DNA of 64,000 nucleotides. It comes from Rhabdothermincola salaria. GTDB lineage: Bacteria > Actinomycetota > Acidimicrobiia > Acidimicrobiales > Acidimicrobilacustridaceae. The stretch is from the NCBI RefSeq assembly GCF_021246445.1, contig NZ_JAJQXW010000005.1:186001-250000 (forward strand), given 5' to 3'. This document shows positions 42,376 to 51,877 of this stretch, piece after piece. Within the stretch, counting starts at the first letter, position 1; each line of letters starts with the position of its first letter. The notes beneath the pieces were generated by a model. That model was not told the origin of the DNA and did no database searches. It saw nothing but the letters and a program-made list of their open reading frames with translations. Both the position numbers and the translations under genes were made by a program.

Positions 42376-43002
42376 CTACGGCTGGTCGGCGAAGCGCAGG
42401 TAGGGCTTGAACTCCTCGACGTTCTTGAACTTCTCCTTGGCGTCGTCGGTGGAGACCCCGAGGCCGACGATGACGCGGTCGCCGGGCTTCCAGTCCGCCG
42501 GGGTGGCGATGGGGTTGGCATCGGTGGCCTGGAGGGCGTCGACGACGCGGACGATCTCGTCGAAGTTGCGGCCCACCGACTTGGGATAGGTGAGCATGAG
42601 GCGGATCTTGCCGGCGGGGTCGATGATGAAGACGGACCGCACGGTGGACGTGTCACCCTCACCGGGGTGGATCATGTCGTAGAGCTCGGCGACCTTGTGG
42701 TCGGGGTCGGCCACGATCGGGAAGTTGAGCGGGGTGCCGGTGATCTCACCGATGTCCGGGGCCCACTTGTGGTGGTCCTCGATCGGGTCGATGGAGAGGG
42801 CCATGGCCTTGGTGTTGCGCGTGGCGAACTCCTCCTCGAGGGCGGCGGTGCGGCCCAACTCGGTGGTGCACACCGGGGTGAAGTCGGCCGGATGGCTGAA
42901 GAAGACGACCCACGAGTCGCCCTTCCAGTCGTGGAAGGAGACCTCGCCGTCGGTGGTCATGGCGGTGAAGTCGGGGGCGGTGTCGCCCAGGTGGAGGCCC
43001 AT
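42376..43002 (-). CDS. 1-Cys peroxiredoxin (Prx6 type)
   Basis: FSHPADFTPVCTTELG, YPKSVGRNFDE. Confidence 0.95.
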   Translation of the reverse strand: MGLHLGDTAPDFTAMTTDGEVSFHDWKGDSWVVFFSHPADFTPVCTTELGRTAALEEEFATRNTKAMALSIDPIEDHHKWAPDIGEITGTPLNFPIVADPDHKVAELYDMIHPGEGDTSTVRSVFIIDPAGKIRLMLTYPKSVGRNFDEIVRVVDALQATDANPIATPADWKPGDRVIVGLGVSTDDAKEKFKNVEEFKPYLRFADQP

Positions 43003-43252
43003 GCGGGTTCCCTTCGTCGTCGGATCGTGTCGTTCGATGCCGAGGCGACCGGTCTGGTCGACCCGCTCCGCCTCGTCCTCCCATGATGGTCGTCGGATCC
43101 TGGCCGGTCTAGGGGCGCCCGCCCCACCCGGTCGGGCAGAGCGGCCCCGGGTCCTCCGGGCCGGGGACGGTGGGACCTTCGGCCGTGGTCGGGCCGGCCG
43201 GGGGAGAGCAAGGTCGACGGATCGACCCCGACCCCACGAGAGGCAGACACCG

Positions 43253-43453
43253 ATGAGCGACGCTGCAGCCATCACCCCGATCGGGCGGGTCACCGCCGTC
43301 TTCGAGCCGGACACGGACCCGAACCTGCGGTGCTCGCACTGCGATTCCGTGATGACCGACGACGATGCGCAGTGCCCCACGTGCGACTCGCCGATCGACT
43401 GGGGGGCGTCTCACGCCGCCCTGCGCGACTGGACGAAGAGCACCACCGGCTAG
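43253..43453 (+). CDS. Small zinc-ribbon protein (66 aa)
   Basis: CSHC-x10-CPTC; GAGAGG RBS; strong third-position GC. Confidence 0.65.
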   Translation: MSDAAAITPIGRVTAVFEPDTDPNLRCSHCDSVMTDDDAQCPTCDSPIDWGASHAALRDWTKSTTG

Positions 43454-43607
43454 GCACCCGCGGCCCGGTCGGCGCTGATCCGTGCTGCCGCCCCGGATCA
43501 TCGTGCCGCGCGGTCTCGTCGGAGCACGGGCCGGGTAGAAAGGGCGCACGAGAGGCATCGGTTTCGACACCCGTCGGGAAGCTGCCTCCCACGGGAAGTG
43601 CGTCGTC

Positions 43608-44741
43608 GTGTCAGAAACCATGGAACGGGTGGCTCCGTCCACCGTGAGCCCGGCTGTGACGGTCGAGAGCTCGCCGGGTCCGGACCATCGCCGGTTCGGC
43701 TCCGACCTGCGGACGGCCGTCGACCAGCGTCTCTCCGAAGGGGTCCTGCGGCGGGCCCACCGCCAGCTGCAGTCCAAGGCCGTGGTGATCGGCGCCTGGT
43801 ACCTCGCCTCCTACGCGCTGTTGCTCGTGGCCGGCTCCTGGTGGCTGGGCATCCTGGCGTGCGCCTCCCTGGCCCTCGCCATGGCGGGCGTGGGCTTCAA
43901 CGTCCAACACGACGCCAACCACAACGCCTTGTTCCGGACCAAGGGCTCCAAGCGGCTCACAGGCGCCAACCGGGCGGCCGGATGGTCGATGTACGCCCTC
44001 GGGGGCAGCTCGAAGCGCTGGATCGACGGCCACGTCTACGTCCACCACGCAGCGACCAACGTCGTCGGTCGTGACGACGACATCGAGCTGGCCCCGTTCG
44101 GCCGCTTCGCCCCCCAACAGGCCCGTCGTCCGTGGCACCGCTTCCAGCACCTCTACCTGTGGGCCGTCTACTGCTTCACGGCACTGGCGATCATGGTCGC
44201 CGACGTGGCGTCGACGGTGACGGAGTCCATCACCGGCGACCGTCACGGCCGACGCCCGACCGTGCTGGAGTACGTGGAGCTCCTGGCCACCAAGGCAGTC
44301 TTCGTGTTCCTCATGGTGGGCGTTCCGCTGCTCATGCACCCCTGGTGGATCGTCCTGCTCGGCATCGCCCTGACCCTGTCCGTCGCCGGGCTGCTGCTGG
44401 GCGTGGTGTTCCAGCTGGCGCACGTGGTCGAGGAGGCCGAGTTCCGCCAGGACGGCGCCGAGAACGCGATCCGGTGGCACGAGTGGCAGGTCCGCTCGAC
44501 GGTGGACTTCTGCCAGGGCTCGGGCCCGGTGGATCGCCTCGTCACCTGGTACACGGGCGGCCTGAACCACCAGACCGAGCACCATCTCTTCCCCCAGGTC
44601 CCGCACACGGCCTACCCGGTGATCGCACCGGCGGTCCGCGAGGTCTGCGACGCCTTCGAGATCCCCTACCGGGTGCAGCCCACGCTCCGCCAGGCGATCG
44701 CCTCCCACTACCGCCACCTGCGCCACCTCGGCCGGGCCTAG
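43608..44741 (+). CDS. Membrane fatty acid desaturase
   Basis: His boxes HDANH, HVYVHH, QTEHH. Confidence 0.92.
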   Translation: MSETMERVAPSTVSPAVTVESSPGPDHRRFGSDLRTAVDQRLSEGVLRRAHRQLQSKAVVIGAWYLASYALLLVAGSWWLGILACASLALAMAGVGFNVQHDANHNALFRTKGSKRLTGANRAAGWSMYALGGSSKRWIDGHVYVHHAATNVVGRDDDIELAPFGRFAPQQARRPWHRFQHLYLWAVYCFTALAIMVADVASTVTESITGDRHGRRPTVLEYVELLATKAVFVFLMVGVPLLMHPWWIVLLGIALTLSVAGLLLGVVFQLAHVVEEAEFRQDGAENAIRWHEWQVRSTVDFCQGSGPVDRLVTWYTGGLNHQTEHHLFPQVPHTAYPVIAPAVREVCDAFEIPYRVQPTLRQAIASHYRHLRHLGRA

Positions 44742-44829
44742 GCCACTGGCGGAGCTGGTTGCCGTGAGGACCTGTCCTCGTTGACGTTCGGCCCTGGTGG
44801 CGGCGGCGCGGTGGTGTCTCGATGAAGCC

Positions 44830-45699
44830 ATGCGCACTCGACTCGGGATCCTCACGGTGTTCGTCTTGGTGGTGGCGCTCGGCGCCTGCGGGGGCGACGA
44901 CCAGGCCGACGAGTCGGCGTCGACGTCGACGACGGCGGGGGTCGGCACCACCGCCTCGACGACCACCACGACGTCCGACGAGGGCGACGGGCCCATGATC
45001 GACGTGCGGGTCTACTTCACCCGTGACGAGGCCGTGGCCACCGCCGGCCGGACGGTCGAAGGGCCGGAAGTGGGACGGGGTGCGATGGACGCGCTGCTCG
45101 ACGGGCCCGAGGGCATCGAGACCGAGATCGGCTTCTTCACCGCCATCCCCGAGGGCACCGAGCTGCTCGACCTCGATATCGCCGACGGGGTGGCCACCGT
45201 CGATCTCAGCAGCGAGTTCGAGTCCGGTGGCGGGAGCCTGTCCATGCAGGCGCGGGTGGCCCAGGTCGTGTTCACCCTCACCCAGTTCGACACCGTCGAC
45301 ACCGTGCAGTTCCGTCTCGACGGCCAGCCCGTCGAGGCCATCGGCGGTGAGGGCGTGCTGGTCGACGGTGTCGACCGCTCGGACTTCGCCAACGTGACAC
45401 CGATGGTGCTCGTCGAGTCACCCGTGCCGGGCGACGCGGTGGCGTCGCCGCTGGAGATCACCGGCATGGCCAACACGTTCGAAGGCACCGTCCAGTACGT
45501 CGTGACCGACGGTGACGGCCTGATCGTGGCCGAGGGGTTCACCACCGCCACCGCGGGGATGGGGACCTTCGGAACCTTCTCGGTCACCGCCACCTTCGAG
45601 GTCCCGACCCCCGGGATCGGCTCGGTGATCGGCTTCGAGACGTCGGCTCGGGACGGCTCGCAGATCAACGTCTACGAGGTTCCCGTCGAGATCGGGTGA
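44830..45699 (+). CDS. GerMN + Gmad2 Ig-like domain lipoprotein
   Basis: Lipobox LGAC, Thr-rich linker, VDLSSEFESGGGS, AQVVFTLTQF, GMANTFEG. Confidence 0.88.
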   Translation: MRTRLGILTVFVLVVALGACGGDDQADESASTSTTAGVGTTASTTTTTSDEGDGPMIDVRVYFTRDEAVATAGRTVEGPEVGRGAMDALLDGPEGIETEIGFFTAIPEGTELLDLDIADGVATVDLSSEFESGGGSLSMQARVAQVVFTLTQFDTVDTVQFRLDGQPVEAIGGEGVLVDGVDRSDFANVTPMVLVESPVPGDAVASPLEITGMANTFEGTVQYVVTDGDGLIVAEGFTTATAGMGTFGTFSVTATFEVPTPGIGSVIGFETSARDGSQINVYEVPVEIG

Positions 45700-45705
45700 C
45701 GGACC

Positions 45706-46302
45706 TCAGGGGCTGGCCTCGAACTCGGGGACGGCCCGCTGCGCGGCTTCTTCCTCGGTCTCGGCGACCCCGTTCTCGCCGATGTCCTCGATGAGCCAGT
45801 CCATCTCGTCGATCTCGCGTCGCTGGGCCTCGATGATCTCGTCGGCCAGCTCCCGGACCCGTACGTCCCGGATGCCGGCGTTCTCGCTCGTCAGGATGGC
45901 GATGGAGTGGTGCGGGATCATGGCCCGCATGTACGAGCGGTCCTCTACCGTCGTCTGGCTGCGGACCAGCCAGAGCGACCCGGCGAACACGAGTGCGGCG
46001 CCGATGAGGATGGCCAGGTTCACCTTGGAGCTCTTGTACATGCCCAGCATGAAGCTGAGCATGATCACCGCCATGGCCGCGCCCATCACGAAGGTCATGT
46101 AGAAGCGGGTCTCGCTCCACCTGACGTGGGCCATCTCGTAGGTGTTCAGGTACATGATGACGAACATCACGACCATCGACGTGGCGATCATGGCGGCGAA
46201 GCGCAGATAGGTGCGCTGCTGGTCGGTGAGCGACGCGAGGGGTCCGGCTCGGCCCTCCTCCGACGGTCGTGTCGTCGTGTCGTCGGTGTGCTCCTCGGCC
46301 AT
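45706..46302 (-). CDS. DUF305-domain membrane protein
   Basis: Three Met-rich TM helices then YMRAMIPHHSIAI..AQRREI. Confidence 0.85.
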   Translation of the reverse strand: MAEEHTDDTTTRPSEEGRAGPLASLTDQQRTYLRFAAMIATSMVVMFVIMYLNTYEMAHVRWSETRFYMTFVMGAAMAVIMLSFMLGMYKSSKVNLAILIGAALVFAGSLWLVRSQTTVEDRSYMRAMIPHHSIAILTSENAGIRDVRVRELADEIIEAQRREIDEMDWLIEDIGENGVAETEEEAAQRAVPEFEASP

Positions 46303-46391
46303 CTCGGGGCTCCTTGTCGTCGTTGCCGGCGACGGGCCCCTACCCGATGTGCCTGCGGTCGTTCACCGGGCTGGGCGGCCCACGGCGCTGG

Positions 46392-46832
46392 TCACCCCAC
46401 CACACGGCCGGCGTCGTCGGACAACTGGGCGACGATCGCAGCATGGTCGAGCCAGACGTTCTCGCGGGTGATGCGGCCGTCGTCGTCGAAGGCCATGACG
46501 TGCAGGATCCGGAACTGCAGGGGCCGGCCGTGCCCCGGCAAGCCGAACGGGTTGCCGACGGCGCGGCCGATCCAGAGGCTCTCGTCGGTCAGCGAGTTCA
46601 CGCCGTAGTAGCGGTGCCGCGTCTCCACCCGCTCCCCGGCGAGGTCGCCGAAGAGCTGCTCGTAGGTGGGGCGGGTGGCGTCCGGGCCGATGGTGGCTCC
46701 GCCGGGCGCGCCGACGATGTCGTGCTCGGCTTCCGGGGCGAGGGTCGCCAGCACGCCGTCGACGTCGTCGTCCATCTCGAACGCGAAGTGGCCTTGCATG
46801 AGCTCGTCCATCTGGGCGGGGGTGAGGGTCAT
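46392..46832 (-). CDS. SnoaL-like/NTF2-fold ester cyclase family protein
   Basis: HFAFEMDDDVDGVLATL, GRITRENVWLD. Confidence 0.85.
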   Translation of the reverse strand: MTLTPAQMDELMQGHFAFEMDDDVDGVLATLAPEAEHDIVGAPGGATIGPDATRPTYEQLFGDLAGERVETRHRYYGVNSLTDESLWIGRAVGNPFGLPGHGRPLQFRILHVMAFDDDGRITRENVWLDHAAIVAQLSDDAGRVVG

Positions 46833-46849
46833 CGTGGGGTCCTTCCTGA

Positions 46850-47304
46850 TCAGCCGGCGAAGGCGATCAGCTCGAGTTGGATGCCGTCGGGATCGGTGAA
46901 GCTCAACAGCGAGATCGGCATCCCTGGCATGGGGCGGACGCCGGAATGGGTCACTCCCTGGTCCTCCAGGTGCACGGCCCACTCCCCGAGCGCCTCGACG
47001 CTCACCACCTGGAAGCAGAGGTGGTCGAGCCCGGTGCGGGTGGGATCGAACGTCGAGCCGGCGTTGGTCGGATGGTGGTCGAGACCCACGTTGAGGGACA
47101 TGGCCGGGGTGCCCAGCACGACGGCATGGCCCCCGGCGTCGCTCTCGTGGTGAGGCTCGTCGAACTGGCGCTGCAGGCCGAGCACCCGCCCGTACCACGC
47201 CTCGCTGGCCCGATGTCCCGCACCGTCAGGCCGACGTGTTGGATGCCGGTGAGCCCTGGTGTGGTCGGGCCCGCTGCCTTCGGTCGGGTGGATGTGTCGC
47301 TCAC
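46850..47304 (-). pseudogene. VOC-family gene with a 1-nt deletion frameshift at about 47210
   Basis: GIQHVGLTVRDI in one frame and ASEAWYGRVLG..GLDHLCF..DPDGIQLEL in another; 455 nt; GAGGAG RBS. Confidence 0.8.
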
Positions 47305-47455
47305 GGTCGGCTCCTCCTCGTCGGTGAGGCGGACGCTACGGAGCTGGCTCGTCGCCGTGAATCCCGCGATCGGGTGGATCCCTGTCGACCGTGGGGGGGC
47401 GGGACCCCTCGATCGGGGGATGGAGCACCTGATCGACACCCCGTACCCTCGTCGC

Positions 47456-48523
47456 ATGGGGGTCGGAGATCTGACTGGGGCTCGGGACCGTCTGCGCGAT
47501 CTGGCGGACCGGCCCCCCGACCTCACCGCGGCGTTGGAGGGCGTCCAGACCGCCCTTCACGACATCACCACGTTCACGTGGAGCGCGCTGATGACGGTCG
47601 ACCCGGAGACGCTGCTCCCGACGGGCGGGCTGGTCGAGGGGTTCTCCGCCGATGCGTGTGCGCCGTTCTGGGACAGCGAGCTGCTCGGCCCCGGCTACAA
47701 CAAGTTCACCGACCTGGCCCGACGTACCGACACCGTGGCCACCCTCCACGACGCGACCGACGGCGATCTCGACCGGGCTCCCGTTCACACGAGGCTGTAC
47801 GCCGGGCTGGGAGTGGCGGACGAGCTCAGGGCCGCGTTCGTGGTGGGCTCGACCTGTTGGGGGGTCGTGAGCCTGCTGCGAGCCACCGTCGACGGTCCGT
47901 TCCCGGATGACGAGATCCGGGCCGTGTCGAGCCTCGTCCCGCTCGTCGGCAAGGTGCTGCGCAGGGGCGTGGTCGCCCTCGACATGGAAGCGCACTCCAC
48001 CGCCGCGATGTGCGTCGTCGACGAGCGCGACGAGGTCCTGCACCAGACCGTCGAGGCGCAGCGCATGCTCGACGACCTGCGCACCGTCGGGGTGGAGGAG
48101 ATGGGGATGCCCGCCATCGTGCGCAACGTGGTGACCAGGGCCCGGGCGAGCCGGTCCGCCAGCCACGTCGCCACACGGGTCCACGGGACCTCCGGGACGT
48201 GGCGGCGGGTCAGTGCCAGCCCCATGGAGGGGTCGGGGATGGTGGCGGTGATGATCGAACCGGCACGGGCGGCCGACCTCACCCCCATCTTGTTGGAGGG
48301 CTACGGGCTCACCGAGCGGGAGATCGAGATCGTGGTGCACCTGGCCCGGGGCCTGGCGACGAAGGAGATCGCGGCCGAGCTCAGCATCTCGGCGCACACC
48401 GTACGTGACCACGTGAAGGCCATCTTCACCAAGACCGGGTTCACCACGAGGGGCGAGCTGGTGGCCCGCGTCTTCTCCGAGCACCTCCTCGACGGGTTCC
48501 ACGCTGCCGTCCACCGGGTCTGA
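47456..48523 (+). CDS. LuxR-type HTH regulator with GAF-like N-terminal region
   Basis: GLTEREIEIV..GLATKEIAAELSISAHTVRDHVKAIF; TACCCT 6 nt before the ATG. Confidence 0.9.
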   Translation: MGVGDLTGARDRLRDLADRPPDLTAALEGVQTALHDITTFTWSALMTVDPETLLPTGGLVEGFSADACAPFWDSELLGPGYNKFTDLARRTDTVATLHDATDGDLDRAPVHTRLYAGLGVADELRAAFVVGSTCWGVVSLLRATVDGPFPDDEIRAVSSLVPLVGKVLRRGVVALDMEAHSTAAMCVVDERDEVLHQTVEAQRMLDDLRTVGVEEMGMPAIVRNVVTRARASRSASHVATRVHGTSGTWRRVSASPMEGSGMVAVMIEPARAADLTPILLEGYGLTEREIEIVVHLARGLATKEIAAELSISAHTVRDHVKAIFTKTGFTTRGELVARVFSEHLLDGFHAAVHRV

Positions 48524-48538
48524 CGGCCGTCGTCTCGC

Positions 48539-49759
48539 TCAGGTCGGGCAGGTGCCGGCGGGGGAGCGGGCGGCGAGGACACGATCGGCGGCCTCGGTCA
48601 GCCGGGCCTCGGTGAGGCGTCCGTCGTCGACGGCGGCGCTGATGGCTGCGGCCACGGCGGGGAACGACGACGTCGGCACCAGCACCATGTCGGCCCCGGC
48701 CGCCAGCGCCAGCACGGCGGCGTCCTCGGTCGTGTAGCGGTCCTGGATGGCCCGCATCCCGGCCAGGTCGTCGGTGACGACCAGACCGTCGAACCCGAGA
48801 TCGCCGCGCAGGAGCCCGTCGATCGCGGCCGGGGAGAGCGACGAGGGCACCCCGTTGGTGAGCCCGGGCACCTCCATGTGGCCGATCATGATCGCGACCG
48901 GCACCTCGGTCGGGATCGTCCTGAACGGCTCGAGGTCCGGGCCCATCTGGTCGATCGGTGGGGTGCTGACCGCCTCGTCGTGAGAGTCGCCGCTGGCCCG
49001 ACCATGTCCCGGGAAGTGCTTGAGGGTGGGCAGGACGCCGGCCTCGTCGAGGCCGGCGGCGAAGGCCCCGGCGGCCGCGACGACCGACTCCGGGTCGGCA
49101 CCGAAGCTGCGATCGCCGATCGGGCCATCGTCGGGTTCGTCGCTGACGTCGACGACCGGGGCGAAGTCGACGGTGATCCCGAGCTCGGCGAGCTGGGCGC
49201 CGTGGGTGGCCGCGGTGGTCCGGATCTCCGACGGGTCCATGGTGCGAGCCATGACCCGGCCGCTGGGCAGGCGGCCCACCACGTCGCGCAGACGTTGGAC
49301 GCGCCCGCCCTCCTCGTCGATGGCCACGAGGGGCGGGAGCTCGGTGGCCGCGGTGCGCTCGGCGATGGTGCCGTCGGCCACCAGCGGGACCGCGGCGGTG
49401 CTCACGAAGATCCCGCCGGCGCCGGTTGCCAGGGCCTGGTCGAGGCCCTCGATGGAGCCATCGGCCAGCGAGGCGAACACCGTCGCCGCGACGCGCTCCT
49501 CCCGGCTCCACGACGCGGTGGAGCAGGGCGACGGCTCGGGCCGGGCCGTGGTGGTCGTCGTGGCCGTGCTGGAGGGGGAGGACTCGGAACCGGGGTCGGT
49601 GCTCGCCGGGCCGGGGTCGGCCGACCCGCCCCCGGCGCAGGCCCCGGCGATGAGCACGACACCCATCGCCACGGCGAGCAGGCCCCAGCCCCGTCGCCTC
49701 GGGACGGCGAGGCGGGTTCGGTGGGGGGACGTCGGGTCGTGTGCGGTCGTGCCCTGCAT
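48539..49759 (-). CDS. GH3 beta-N-acetylhexosaminidase-like lipoprotein
   Basis: Lipobox AGAC, IDEEGGRVQR, KHFPGHG..DSH, VTDDL. Confidence 0.9.
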   Translation of the reverse strand: MQGTTAHDPTSPHRTRLAVPRRRGWGLLAVAMGVVLIAGACAGGGSADPGPASTDPGSESSPSSTATTTTTARPEPSPCSTASWSREERVAATVFASLADGSIEGLDQALATGAGGIFVSTAAVPLVADGTIAERTAATELPPLVAIDEEGGRVQRLRDVVGRLPSGRVMARTMDPSEIRTTAATHGAQLAELGITVDFAPVVDVSDEPDDGPIGDRSFGADPESVVAAAGAFAAGLDEAGVLPTLKHFPGHGRASGDSHDEAVSTPPIDQMGPDLEPFRTIPTEVPVAIMIGHMEVPGLTNGVPSSLSPAAIDGLLRGDLGFDGLVVTDDLAGMRAIQDRYTTEDAAVLALAAGADMVLVPTSSFPAVAAAISAAVDDGRLTEARLTEAADRVLAARSPAGTCPT

Positions 49760-49827
49760 CGTCCGGGAGGGTAGATCCACCGTGACGGGGAACCCGAGCC
49801 GGCCGGCGACCGGGGCGGGCGCGGCGG

Positions 49828-50439
49828 TCAGCGGGCCTCGAAGGCCGTCTCGCAGAAGGCGTCGAAGTGCTCCACGTCGAAGCGCACCCGTAGGGAGCCC
49901 TCGGGCTTGGAGACGTCGAGGCTGGGGCAGAACACGTCGCGGCCTTCGACGAAGTAGTGCGGCGATCCGACCACCCCCCGGCGGCGACCCTCGGCCAGGT
50001 CGTCGTGCACGGGGCCGAACTGGCCGAGGACCTCGCGGGGGAGGCCGTGGCGGTCGGCCACCGAGGCCAGCACGGCGGGGTCGGCGACGTCGACCCCCTG
50101 CTCGAAGAGCAGCTCGCGCAGTTCGAAGGCGATGCGCTCACCCACGACGAGGTCGGCCGCGTACCCCGCGGCGGTGAGGGCGAGGGCCGGCATCGAGCTG
50201 GACGGGTACGCCGCCGGGTCGAACCCGGTGAAGAGGTCCGGGGCCACGCTGTCGCGCAGCACGTCGATCTCCTCGGCGATCTTGTCGGCCTCGAACGGCT
50301 CGCCGTTGACGATCTCGAGCGGCCAGGCCCGCACGACGATGCCGACGTCCTGTCGACCGTCGGTCTCGCGGCGGGTGGCCAGGCGGCAGAGGCTGACGTG
50401 GGCGAAGGGGCAGATGACGTCGGCGAAGAGTTCGATCAT
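49828..50439 (-). CDS. DsbA/FrnE-like thioredoxin-fold protein
   Basis: FADVICPFAH, GVVGSPHY. Confidence 0.85.
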   Translation of the reverse strand: MIELFADVICPFAHVSLCRLATRRETDGRQDVGIVVRAWPLEIVNGEPFEADKIAEEIDVLRDSVAPDLFTGFDPAAYPSSSMPALALTAAGYAADLVVGERIAFELRELLFEQGVDVADPAVLASVADRHGLPREVLGQFGPVHDDLAEGRRRGVVGSPHYFVEGRDVFCPSLDVSKPEGSLRVRFDVEHFDAFCETAFEAR

Positions 50440-50449
50440 GGGGATTCTC

Positions 50450-51775
50450 CTACCCGACGGCGCGGGCTCGGGCAACGAGGGGGACGAGGACCTCCGCCAA
50501 CTCGGGCGAGCCGACCTCGCGCAGCTCGTAGCTGGCTCGACGGACGGGCGCGTCGACCCGCACCACGCGGGTCAGGTCGATCGGGGTGCCCGAGACGACG
50601 ACATCGCAGCGGGCGGCTGCGATCGTCGCCTCGAGGTCGGTCCGTTGGGCGACGTCGTAGCCCATGGCGGGCAGCACCGGTCCGATGTGGGGGAATCGGG
50701 CATAGGTGTCGACCAGGGAACCCACGGCGAAGGGGCGGGGCTCGACGACATCGGTCGCACCGGCGGCGCGGGCCGCCACCAGCCCGGCCCCCGACGGCAT
50801 GCCGCCGTGGGTGATCGTGGGTCCGTCCTCGACGACGAGCACCCGGCGCCCGGCCAGCTCCGGTCCCTCACCGAGGGTGACCGGTGAGCCGGCCCGGATG
50901 ACCGTGGCGGCAGGGTTGACGGCCTCCACGTGAGCCAGGACCGTCGTGACGTCGTCCGGGGTGGCCACGTCGATCTTGTTCACCACCACGACGTCGGCCA
51001 TCACCAGGTTGGCCTCTCCGGGGTGGAAGGCGAGCTCGTCGCCGGCCCGCAAGGGATCGACGACCGTGACGAGCAGATCGGGTCGCACGAAGGGCAGGTC
51101 GTTGTTGCCGCCGTCCCACACGATGACGTCGGCCTCCTCCTCGGCGCCCCGCAGGATCGCCTCGTAGTCCACCCCCGCCCACATCACCAGACCCTCGCGG
51201 ACCGGGGCCTCGTACTCCTCACGCTCCTCGATCGTCGGGTCGGCGGCGTCGATGTCGGCCAGGGTGGCGAAACGCTGCACGGCCATCTGTTCGAGAGCGC
51301 CGTAGGGCATGGGGTGGCGGACCAACACCGTCCGGAGGCCCGCGGCCTCGAGCAGGTGAGCCACCCGGCGGCTCACCGGGCTCTTGCCGCTCCCCGTGCG
51401 CACGGCACACACGGCGACGACCGGGACCCGAGCCTGCAGCATGGTGCGACGGGGCCCGTGCAGCCGGAATCCGGCGCCCGTGGCGAGGACGCGTGAGGCC
51501 AGGTGCATCACGTCGACGTGGGCCACGTCGGAGTAGCAGAAGGCCACCTCGTCGACCGCCTCGCGCTCGATGATGTCGCGCAGTTCGGCTTCCGGTCGGA
51601 TGGGGATCCCGTGCGGGTAGCGGGGACCGGCCAGCGCAGCGGGATACCGGCGGTCGTCGATGCCCGGGATCTGGGTGGCGGTGAAGGCGACCACCTCCAC
51701 ATCGGGGTCGTCGCGGTAGAGGACGTTGAAGTCGTGGAAGTCCCGGCCTCCGGCACCCATGATCACCAGTCGCAC
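50450..51775 (-). CDS. Cyclic 2,3-diphosphoglycerate synthetase-like P-loop protein
   Basis: GAGGRDFHDFN, AVRTGSGKS, RHPMPYG, WDGGNND, VEDGPT. Confidence 0.85.
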   Translation of the reverse strand: MRLVIMGAGGRDFHDFNVLYRDDPDVEVVAFTATQIPGIDDRRYPAALAGPRYPHGIPIRPEAELRDIIEREAVDEVAFCYSDVAHVDVMHLASRVLATGAGFRLHGPRRTMLQARVPVVAVCAVRTGSGKSPVSRRVAHLLEAAGLRTVLVRHPMPYGALEQMAVQRFATLADIDAADPTIEEREEYEAPVREGLVMWAGVDYEAILRGAEEEADVIVWDGGNNDLPFVRPDLLVTVVDPLRAGDELAFHPGEANLVMADVVVVNKIDVATPDDVTTVLAHVEAVNPAATVIRAGSPVTLGEGPELAGRRVLVVEDGPTITHGGMPSGAGLVAARAAGATDVVEPRPFAVGSLVDTYARFPHIGPVLPAMGYDVAQRTDLEATIAAARCDVVVSGTPIDLTRVVRVDAPVRRASYELREVGSPELAEVLVPLVARARAVG

Positions 51776-51877
51776 GGGCTCACTCCACCATGCCCGAGGT
51801 GTGTGTCGACAGAGGCCGTCGGCCGACCGCGCCCGCCGATGGTCCCTGACGGGTGGCGGGCCGCAGCCGTCGGGCGT

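Noticed and set aside
43556..43570. ATCGGTTTCGAC (and TGATCGGGTTCGACAGC at about 28922) resembling a tmRNA 5' end
   Set aside because: Too short, no acceptor stem, tag ORF or 3' end, and no room for the RNA
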